DNA from: Macrostomum hystrix | Lineage: Eukaryota; Animalia; Platyhelminthes | Length of the DNA stretch: 64,000 nt | Reading direction: 5' to 3' | Assembly: GCA_950097015.1 (NCBI GenBank) | Contig: CATNEN010000029.1 | Location: 2,914,001 to 2,978,000 of the forward strand | Shown: one piece after another, positions 47,315 to 57,481 of the stretch | How positions within the stretch are numbered: position 1 is the first letter of the stretch | Layout of the letters: each line of letters begins with the position of its first letter | Notes under the pieces: model-generated | Database searches by the model: none | Seen by the model: the letters and a program-made list of their open reading frames with translations, nothing else | Told to the model about the DNA's origin: nothing | Made by a program: the position numbers and the translations under genes

Positions 47315-48352
47315 GTGAGAGACTGGGATAACTGCTGCCTGACTGACTCAGGTGAGAGACTGGGATAACTGCTGCCTGACTGACTCAGGTGAGAGACTGG
47401 GATAACTGCTGCCTGACTGACTCAGGTGAGAGACTGGGATAACTGCTGCCTGACTGACTCAGGTGAGAGACTGGGATAACTGCTGCCTGACTCAGGTGAG
47501 AGACTGGGATAACTGCTGCCTGACTGACTCAGGTGAGAGACTGGGATAACTGCTGACTGACTGACTCAAGTGAGAGACTGGGATAACTGCTGCCTGACTG
47601 ACTCAGGTGAGAGACTGGGATAACTGCTGCCTGACTGACTCAGGTGAGAGACTGGGATAACTGCTGCCTGACTCAGGTGAGAGACTGGGATAACTGCTGA
47701 CTGACTGACTCAAGTGAGAGACTGGGATAACTGCTGCCTGACTGACTCAGGTGAGAGACTGGGATAACTGCTGCCTGACTGACTCAGGTGAGAGACTGGG
47801 ATAACTGCTGCCTGACTCAGGTGAGAGACTGGGATAACTGCTGCCTGACTGACTCAGGTGAGAGACTGGGATAACTGCTGCCTGACTGACTCAGGTGAGA
47901 GACTGGGATAACTGCTGCCTGACTGACTCAGGTGAGAGACTGTGATAACTGCTGCCTGACTGACTCAGGTGAGAGACTGTGATAACTGCTGCCTGACTCA
48001 GGTGAGAGACTGGGATAACTGCTGCCTGACTGACTCAGGTGAGAGACTGTGATAACTGCTGCCTGACTCAGGTGAGAGACTGGGATAACTGCTGCCTGAC
48101 TGACTCAGGTGAGAGACTGGGATAACTGCTGCCTGACTGACTCAGGTGAGAGACTGTGATAACTGCTGCCTGACTCAGGTGAGAGACTGGGATAACTGCT
48201 GCCTGACTGACTCAGGTGAGAGACTGGGATAACTGCTGCCTGACTCAGGTGAGAGACTGGGATAACTGCTGCCTGACTCAGGTGAGAGACTGGGATAACT
48301 GCTGCCTGACTGACTCAGGTGAGAGACTGGGATAACTGCTGCCTGACTGACT
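47301..48352 (+). repeat. 37/33-bp tandem array of the exon-2 donor junction
   Basis: Unit ACTGCTGCCTGAC(TGAC)TCAG|GTGAGAGACTGGGATA; about 29 units. Confidence 0.95.
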
Positions 48353-48994
48353 CTAGCAAATAAGCAAATTTGAGAACAGGTGATTTAACAGGTGAGTTAG
48401 TGTGTTGCTACCCAAGCTAATTGATTTGTGAATAATTAGCTACTGAAATCGTTTTGTTGCACTTTTGCTGCTGTCTTAGAAGCATTGTGTCTGAAGCGGC
48501 AAGTCTCCTGTTTATGATCGAAAATGTCTTTTACCTAAATCAGGCGTTAAAAATGTTGTCAACAAAAAGCGCTTTAAACGACAGCCTTTAAAAATTTGAT
48601 CAATTTAATGCAGCCAAATCCTTTAAGCTGGGCTGCCTAGAAAAAGGATTCAGAAAAGATCCAGTTAGTCAAAGAAAATGTAGGCTACTGAAAGCAGTGG
48701 CATTTTTCCACAGAATATTGCCTTTAATATTCTTTCATCAAGATAGCTCGTAACCAACTTTCATCTTTCTGTTTTTTTGTTCAGCTTTTTGCTCGCCTGA
48801 AAATAGGTGGCAAAAGTTTAGACCAAAACACAACGAACGTAGATTTGTAACACATTGGAGCATATTTTGGAACACATTTTGGAACATATTTCGGAACAAA
48901 TATTGGAACATTTTCTAGAACACATTATGCAACTTTTTTGGAACGCATATTAAAACATGTATTAGAGATTTGATTTTAACACACTCAAAAATAG

Positions 48995-49260
48995 TATATA
49001 TATATAATTGCAGCAGGACGGCGGGGGCTGGCACATCATACTGTACGCAGGGACACGCTTACACAGGTGTGACATCTGCCCTGACTTTCTCATCATCAAG
49101 CAGTGTACACTTTCACTGCGCCTTGGAGGTTGGCCCTCAAGGGCGTAAATTGCACGACAAGCCCCCAAGCCTTTTCTCCGCGTCTGCGCCCCAAATGAAT
49201 GTGGCCTCGCCGCGGAATCGAGCTTAGGGACCTTGGTGCGAGAGGCGAACGCGTTAACCG
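48995..49260 (-). mobile_element. tRNA-derived SINE, same family, head-truncated
   Basis: Body alignable with the other copies; B box present, A box lost. Confidence 0.8.
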
Positions 49261-49693
49261 GTATGCCTCAGAAGTAACAACTAACAATAAGTGCCCTCGT
49301 CAGTTGCGAGACTAATGAAGAATCAGTTGGTTAGTCCCGTGAAATCCTAAATGTAGATGCAATACTAAACTTTGTTCGGTTGTGTAAAAAGGTCGCAACT
49401 TGACCTCGAAAAGGACGAAACTCGATGATTCTGTGATACGAATATTTCATAATTCTTTCACTCAATGCTCTACGAGATTAGAACAAAATAATCAAGGCAA
49501 TACAGGTGCAAAAGTTTCTGAAGTTCTGATTGTGATTTCAAACGCGGGATCAATTTGCTGAGTTGTAGCATAGAATCTTTGGTTGGCTGAAATCCAGTGT
49601 TACGAGTAGTTTCGGGACCTACCTGAAACGGACTATCCAATCAGAATCGGTTCCATAAATGCATATATAGTCCTAGCAATTAGGCAAGCACAT

Positions 49694-52600
49694 ATGCCAT
49701 GCAGTGAGCATCAAATGTGTGAAGCAATCGCAATGCTTCCGCTGCGCTGTGTGCTCATAAGCGCTATATCCATGATGGTCGCCGGTGCCTCAGCGACACC
49801 CGGGACAACTGGTCGCCAGGAAGTGCACATACTACTCACAGTGTCAGTGGATAGTCCGTTTGAGAACGAGATTGTCTACTTTAACTACTCAATCAACTAC
49901 GTGAATAGTCGATTAGACTTATTTCCAAGTCTTCTATTAAGACCAACCTATCGAACGGTTACAGGGGTGAGAAATGGTTGTTCTGCTCTCATCACTATGA
50001 GAACCTGCGTGTGTAATGAACAGAACTTAAAGTCAAGCTAGATTATTTTGCCTTTTTTTAAACAGCAGCAAAACATTGGCGCCGCGCTGAAGGCATTCGT
50101 TGACGGCTACCTGAGTGGCAGCAGCAAGGCCCTGATGCTGGGGGCCAGCTTCTCACAGCAGTCTCAGGTGATCGCTGAGCTGGCTCGCTACTACTGCCTG
50201 ACTCAGGTGAGAGACTGGGATAACTGCTGCCTGACTCAGGTGAGAGACTGGGATAACTGCTGCCTGACTCAGGTGAGAGACTGGGATAACTGCTGCCTGA
50301 CTGACTCAGGTGAGAGACTGGGATAACTGCTGCCTGACTGACTCAGGTGAGAGACTGGGATAACTGCTGCCTGACTGACTCAGGTGAGAGACTGGGATAA
50401 CTGCTGCCTGACTGACTCAGGTGAGAGACTGGGATAACTGCTGCCTGACTGACTCAGGTGAGAGACTGGGATAACTGCTGCCTGACTGACTCAGGTGAGA
50501 GACTGGGATAACTGCTGCCTGACTGACTCAGTCAGGACTGGGATAACTGCTGCCTGACTGACTCAGGTGAGTCTGAGTTCAAGAAGAGTTCAAGTTCTTA
50601 AAAATATTTCAACTACTGTTTTTAGATTGGGATCAATCCGTCGCCAGAGCTGAGTGACAAGTCCAGGTATCCGTACTATTTCCGCATGACAACCACCTAC
50701 AGCATCAACGTGGCTCCTGTTGTTGCCATAGTTACCAGCTTTGGCTGGAAGAAGATTGGTCTCTTGGTGCAGGACTTTGCGGCATTTTCATCTGTGAGAT
50801 TTTTTGTCAGCGATTTTCGCTGAAGTTTTCAATTTCATCTACTGTAGTAGTAGAGTAGAATTGAGTAGATGAAAATTAATTCTACGCGGTTTTTTACGAT
50901 ATTAAATTTAGGTGACTTCAGAGCTGGAGATCGCCTTTAAAAGTCGCAATGTGACAACTGTGAAAGCAAACTACGGCACAGATCCCACAATGGCCTTATC
51001 TAAACTGATGGTGAAGAATCTCTGTCATTGCCCAAATACAAAACCGCTAGATTGATAACTTACGAGCTTGTCTATTTATTGCTTTAGAAGGCCGATCTGA
51101 GAATTTTCATCGCAATTCGCGCTATGGTTGTGGAGGATGCAACTAACAGATTGGATTGTGTGGTATGATACTATTTTCATCTGTTTGTTCCATGTTTGAG
51201 TATTGCGAACTAGTTCTGGGCAATGCAGACACTTTACAGTGAGCTGTAACTGCAACTTATTAACAGTGGAACTACCAATCGCGGAACTACCACCCCCAGA
51301 CAATTATTTGTGCTGCACCCGAACGGAACAACGCAAGCACGCGAAACTTAAGAAAACGGGCCAAATTTTTGTTGCGCATCTTCTGAAACAACAATCTAGT
51401 CGCCATCTCTCTGGAGACTGTCGAGATATTCAAAGGTTCTGACCGAAGGTCGGATTTTTCCCATAAGCGCTAGTGTATTTCATACTCCCCTATACACGAA
51501 TTAGCACTGCGCCTCAGTGCGGCCTTGCCAGGCCTTCAAAATTCATCAGCATGTCACCCGAGTGTGCCTGCATCATCTCCGTCTTCTGTGGTCACCTACC
51601 TTTATCTAGACGGACTGCTGGACCTTCAAGGGCTACAACAGGTGGAACTAGGCCACTATGGACACCCTGACACGAATTTTTCCGATTTCACTGATTAAGC
51701 CTGAATATTAGGCGCGGCTCAACCACAGGACACCATCGCCTAGTCTGTCAACCAATCAGTCACCACCCAACGCTGTTAGCTTTCAGACGCTGCGAAAAAA
51801 AATATTTGCGGGGGACCCTTGATAAGGGGCACCTGAAGGTATAAAAACGGGCGGCAAACTGGTAGTCCTACTGTTAACAACTAGATGATTTCAACGAGTT
51901 TGAACCTAAATCAGGATCTTGTCAATATCAAAAGTACAAGTTCTCGCCAAGTTAATAAAGTTAGTAATTTCTTCAATTTCTTCAAATGAGGAGGAAGGGG
52001 GATTGTAGCCAAGTGGTTAGAGCGTCGGACTAACGACTTGAAGGTCGAGGGTTCGATGCCGACTCCAATGGAACAATTTGTGACCTTTAGCAAGACACTA
52101 AACTCTGCATTGCTTCAGTTCACCCAGCTGTTAAATGGGTACCAGCATTAGCTGGGATAATTGAGGGTGGGTGTGGCGTCCCCCCAGTCCATGGACTGAA
52201 CAGCCGTACGCAGCCTTCAGATGCGCCGCGCAATAGCTGCGGCTGTGCTGTCGGCTGCACATCTGGCCCGATTTGGTACTTCTCTAACAGGTCTATCAGT
52301 TAGGGGCGTACGGGCGCAAGTACCAGTGGATCCAGATAGGCATACCGTCCACCACGAGGCTCAATTTGAGCAGCGGCTGCTCAGATGCCCACCGAGCCGT
52401 TGCTATGGAGGGCTCCATGGAGACGGACAATGACATCGACGACCCCGGAGTCAACCATCCGATCAGCTTCACTGGTCAGGTGAGAGTTTCTAATCTTCTG
52501 GGCCTAAGGAGTTAGTTTTGAGTCAGGAGCCTGTGGTCAGTTGTATTCTGTCGTGCGTTCTGGTATGCTTTCTTGTGTCTGTTCTGATGCTTGCTCTGGT

Positions 52601-55600
52601 GTGCGTTCTGTTCTGGTGTGTATTCTGTTGTGTTCTGGTGTGTGTTCTGTTGTGTTCTGGTGTGTGTTCTGTTGTGTTCTGGTGTGTGTTCTGCTGTGTT
52701 CTGGTGTGTGTTCTGTTGTGTTCTGGTGTGTGCTCTGTTGTGTTCTGGTGTGTGTTCTGTTGTGTTCTGGTGTGTGTTCTGTTGTGTTCTGGTGTGTGTT
52801 CTGTTGTGTTCTGGTGTGTGTTCTGCTGTGTTCTGGTGTGTGTTCTGTTGTGTTCTGGTGTGTGTTCTGCTGTGTTCTGGTGTGTGTTCTGTTGTGTTCT
52901 GGTGTGTGTTCTGTTGTGTTCTGGTGTGTGTTCTGCTGTGTTCTGGTGTGTGTTCTGTTGTGTTCTGGTGTGTGTTCTGCTGTGTTCTGGTGTGTGTTCT
53001 GTTGTGTTCTGGTGTGTGCTCCGTTGTGTTCTGGTGTGTGCTCTGTTATGTTCATGTGTGTATTCTGTTGTGTTCTGGTGTGTGTTCTGTTGTGTTCTGG
53101 TGTGTGTTCTGTTGTGTTCTGGTGTGTGTTCTGCTGTGTTCTGGTGTGTGTTCTGTTGTGTTCTGGTGTGTGCTCCGTTGTGTTCTGGTGTGTGCTCTGT
53201 TATGTTCATGTGTGTGGGTTGGTGTGTGCAGCTCTGGGGATTTCGATTCAAACAAGCGCCTCATTTCGGCTTGAACTTCGGAACCTGTGTCTCGGTGCAC
53301 CAACTCAAACAGCAGCTTGACATTTGTTATTTTCAGTCCGAGAACGAAACATTTCAAGACTTCCTGAACAAACACGGCAGGCAGGCTATGGACCCGCAGC
53401 CGGATGGCACCCTTGGCTTCAATCTGCGCTTCGATGCCATCCTGGCTGTGGCTGTTGCACTCAACTCCAGCCTGCAGGTGGAGAGCTACTCAGCCGAGCC
53501 AGCTGATTTGAATTGCAGCGCCTTCAAGGCTGAAGTCTTCAGTAGTGTGCAGAACATCCGGTTCGCCGGTCTATCCGTGAGAGTTCTAGCTGTCAACCTG
53601 TTCTTGACTTCAGGCCTTTGAAACATTAATTTGAACTTTTTATCCCCAGGGTCTGGTAAGATTTGACAGTCACGGAGATCGGACAACAAAGGTCAACTTC
53701 TACCAAATTCGAGGTAATAAGTTTAATAAAATATTCGGCAATTCCAGAGTTAGACTCTCACAAAAAAATAAAATTCAATCTGGCAGGTCTGACCAGGGAT
53801 TTGATAGCCATCTACAATCCGGTGACACAAAACACTGACTGGCTCAAGTCTCCGTGGTTCGCAGGTAAGCGTCTCAATCATGACTAGATGGGCCAATCCT
53901 GTCTCATCCGTGTTGCCATCACCGGTCAGTCGCACCACACTCGTCACTCGCACTCCTCAGGTGGCTCAGCCCCTGTGGACTCTCCGAGAGTGCTCACCCA
54001 GCTCATCCACGCCAGCCTGGCCAGTGCGGTCGTCACAGGCGGCCTGTCGGTCCTGGGTGCCGGCCTCACCCTGTCGGCAGTAGCCGTGAACCTGCGCTTC
54101 CGTCAAGTGGCCTTCATTCGGCTGAGCAGTCCCATTGTGAACAGCATCATCGGACTGGGCTGCCTCCTGTGCCACCTGTCCTGCCTCATCATGACCTTCG
54201 ATGCGTACATGGGTACCCAGCTGGGCCTGTGCTGGTCTCAGCTGCTCTGCCTCACAACTGGCTACTCGTGCGCCTTTGGCGGCATCCTCGCCAAGACCTG
54301 GCGGGTGCACCGCATCTTCACCAGCAAGACGAGAGTCTCAGTGAGTTGGGCTGCTGGCAGCTGGGATCCAGTTGGATGAGCAGAACTCTCAAAAACTCTT
54401 GTTGCTTTGCCTCTGCAGACTGTGAAGGACTGGCACCTCTGCGTGATGATTGCAGCCATTCTGCTGCTTGATGCTCCCATTCTGCTGGCCTTTGGCCTTC
54501 TCAACCCGATGGAGCTCATTGTGAAGAGACTGACTGAGCAGGTATTTCTCACCGTTGCATATTCGCTCATTGACTCTATGGCATTTCCTGAAACTGCTCT
54601 CCTTCGTTGCAGGATGTGGTGTCTGACGGAACAGTGATCCTGCAGAACCTGGTTGTGTGCCAGTCCAGCAATGACATCCTATGGAAGGGGCTGCTGATCG
54701 GACTGAAAGGTAGGACTTGATGGAGCTGGAGACAACTGCGCGTATTGGCTCAAGGTGAGAACTGCTCACTGAGACTCTTCACAACCTCCGCTTGCAGCCG
54801 TGTTTCTTCTGTTCGGCATCTTCTTTGCCTGGGAGACCCGCACCATCCAGGTGGAGGCGCTGAACGACTCCAAGGTGATCGGCATCTGCGTCTACAACAC
54901 CACCGTGATGGGTCTGATTGGAGTTGTGCTAGAGTTCGCGCTGCCCGTCAGCTCCGTGAACCTGCGACACGTTCTGCTGACCTGCTGCATAAATATCTGC
55001 GCTGCCACCACCGTCCTGCTGGTGTTTGGCCGGAAGGTCAGTGACTGGACATTGTTGCCTGGTGTTTGGCCGGAAGGTCAGTGACTGGACATTGTTGCCT
55101 GGTGTTTGGCCGGAAGGTCAGTGACTGGACATTGTTGCCTGGTGTTTGGCCGGAAGGTCAGTGACTGGACATTGTTGCCTGGTGTTTGGCCGGAAGGTCA
55201 GTGACTGGACATTGTTGCCTGGTGTTTGGCCGGAAGGTCAGTGACTGGACATTGTTGCCTGGGGTTTGGCCGGAAGGTCAGTGACTGGACATTGTTGCCT
55301 GGTGTTTGGCCGGAAGGTCAGTAACTGGACATTGTTGCCTGGGGTTAGTGCCTGTGGGCTGGTCTGTGTTTTGTTCTGTGCGCTGGTCTGTGGGCTGGTC
55401 TGTGGGCTGGTCTGTGCGCTGGTCTGTGGGCTAGTCTGTGGGCTGGTCTGTGGGCTAGTCTGTGGGCTAGTCTGTGGGCTAGTCTGTGGGCTAGTCTGTG
55501 CGCTGGTCTGTGCGCTGGTCTGTGGGCTGGTCTGTGGGCTAGTCTGTGGGCTGGTCTGTGCGCTGGTCTGTGCGCTGGTCTGTGAGCTGGTCTGTGCGCT

Positions 55601-56065
55601 GGTCTGTGGGCTGGTCTGGTCTGTGGGCTGGTCTGTGGGCTGGTCTGTGGGCTGGTCTTTGGGCTGGTCTGTGGGCTGGTCTGTGGGCTGGTCTGTGGGC
55701 TGGTCTGTGTGTTGATCTGTGGGCTGGTCTGTGGGCTGGTCTGTGGGCTGGTCTGTGGGCTGGTCTGTGTGTTGATCTGTGCGCTGGTCTGTGGGCTGGT
55801 CTGTGCGCTGGTCTGTGCGCTGGTATGTGGGCTGGTCTGGTCTGTGGGCTGGTCTTTGGGCTGGTCTGAGGGCTGGTCTTCGGGCTGGTCTTTGGGCTGA
55901 TCTATAGTTAACCAAATGCAGCTATGCTAGTCCTGTACTGCTTCTTTCCAGGTGATGAAAATTCTGAAGGATCGTGGCGTACGAGTTGCCGATGCCAACT
56001 CTGTCCTGCAGGCAGGACCAGTTCGACTCGATGCCGAAACCAGGAATGCTACTGGAAGCTCCTGA
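49694..56065 (+). CDS. GABA-B-receptor-like class C GPCR; exons 49694(or 49733)..49966, 50066..50206, 50626..50793, 50912..51010, 51088..51162, 52291..52479, 53337..53576, 53650..53713, 53787..53864, 53961..54340, 54419..54541, 54613..54709, 54798..55036, 55952..56065
   Basis: Signal peptide; Venus-flytrap segments (SPELSDKSRYPYYFR, FGWKKIG, YGRKYQWI, GLSGLVRFDSHGDR); no cysteine-rich domain; 7TM motifs IRLSSPIVN, AFGGILAKTWRVHRIF and FFAWETR..ALNDSKVIGICVYN typical of GABA-B receptors. Exon phases are consistent. Confidence 0.88.
50193..50570 (+). repeat. 33/37-bp tandem array of the exon-2 donor junction in the intact GPCR
   Basis: Same unit as 47301..48352; about 10 units. Confidence 0.93.
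52003..52160 (+). mobile_element. tRNA-derived SINE with a CORE/V-SINE-like central domain
   Basis: TAGCCAAGTGGTTAGAGCG (A box), GGTTCGATGCC (B box), then TGTGACCTTTAGCAAGACACTAAAC..CACCCAGCTGTTAAATGGGTACC. Confidence 0.7.
52590..53215. repeat. 22-bp minisatellite (GTGTTCTGTTGTGTTCTGGTGT) in GPCR intron 6
   Basis: About 28 units; the Cys/Val-rich ORFs are artefacts. Confidence 0.93.
55021..55340 (+). repeat. Eight 40-bp copies of the GPCR exon-13 donor junction
   Basis: Unit GGTGTTTGGCCGGAAG|GTCAGTGACTGGACATTGTTGCCT with exact 40-bp period. Confidence 0.95.
55350..55900. repeat. ~12-bp minisatellite (GGGCTGGTCTGT) in the last GPCR intron
   Basis: Tandem units are directly visible. Confidence 0.9.
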
Positions 56066-56509
56066 TCGAACTACGTAGAAAGATGGCACCCTGCGCTGTC
56101 ACAGCTGCCATCCTATAGAAGAGATTAAATTCTTAGAATACACTTAACGTTGAAGCTAAATCCCATCCTCTAACATCCTCTAACATCCTCTAACTCCTAG
56201 TATGCAACTGAAAGAAGTATGCTTGTAGGGTAAAGAGGTGGCAAACAAAATTAAAACACAAAGCATTAGTTCAGATGAATAATCCATGCTTAAGCAGTGA
56301 TATAGAACATAAATTTTAGATATTTGTAGGCTTTTACTTGTGCGAACTGCATCTAAGCTCGATACTTCGTCGAGAGTAACGAATTAAGTAAGCAAATATA
56401 CATTTTAGAGTCACTTTCATTCAAGTACTGTGACCAATGCTTGTAGCTGCGCAAAGAACCGCGAATACTCATAGATGAACTTAAAATACTCGTATGTGCA
56501 GGAGAATAT

Positions 56510-57240
56510 GATATGTTGAGGGTAAACAGGGACACCGAGTGAGGTGGATGTTGAGGGCATAGAGGGACACGGATTGAGGTGGATGTCGAGGGTATAGAGG
56601 GACACGGAGTGAGGTGGGTGAGCGTATAGAGCGACACGGATTGAGGTGGATGTTGAGGGCATAGAGGGACACGGATTGAGGTGGATGTCGAGGGTATAGA
56701 GGGACACGGAGTGAGGTGGGTGAGCGTATAGAGCGACACGGATTGAGGTGGATGTTGAGGGCATAGAGGGACACGGATTGAGGTGGATGTCGAGGGTATA
56801 GAGGGACACCGAGTGAGGTGGGTGAGCGTATAGAGGGACACGGATTGAGGTGGATGTTGAGGGCATAGAGGGACACGGATTGAGGTGGATGTCGAGGGTA
56901 TAGAGGGACACGGAGTGAGGTGGGTGAGCGTATAGAGCGACACGGATTGAGATGGATTTTGAGGGCATAGAGGGACACGAATTGAGGTGGATGTCGAGGG
57001 TATAGACACGGATTGAGGTGGATGTCGAGGGTATAGACACGGAGTGAGGTGGGTGTTGAGGGTATAAACACGGAGTGAGGTGGGTGTTGAGGGTATATAG
57101 GGACATGGAGTGAGGTGGGTGTTGAGGGCATAGAGGGACACGGATTGAGGTGGATGTCGAGGGTATAGAGGGACATGGAGTGAGGTGGGTGTTGAGGGTA
57201 TAAAGGGACACGGAGTGAGGTGGGTGTTGAGGGTAAACAC
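56510..57240. repeat. Compound ~35-bp minisatellite (GAGGGTATAGAGGGACACGGATTGAGGTGGATGTC) between convergent genes
   Basis: Tandem units with a recurring three-unit higher-order pattern. Confidence 0.9.
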
Positions 57241-57481
57241 GCACATGAATTGAGGTGGGAATTCGTGAATTGAAGGGAAAATATGCTTAGCGAGCACAGT
57301 ATGGGACGTCGGAGAGAAGGGGTGGGATGTGCTGACGTTCGAATGGTTGGAAAATTTGGAAAGCGACTATAAGATGCTCTTCACTATCCATCATCTGGGT
57401 GGTTATGCGTGACAGTGTGAAACTGTCAATATGGATAAAACGATGGTCAGAATCCACCAGTTTGTCAGACTAAATAGATCG

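Noticed and set aside
47301-48352. CRISPR-like 37-bp repeats
   Set aside because: No spacers; the unit is a copy of the adjacent exon/intron junction.
52003-52075. Possible tRNA gene
   Set aside because: Acceptor stem does not pair and the sequence continues into a SINE core domain.
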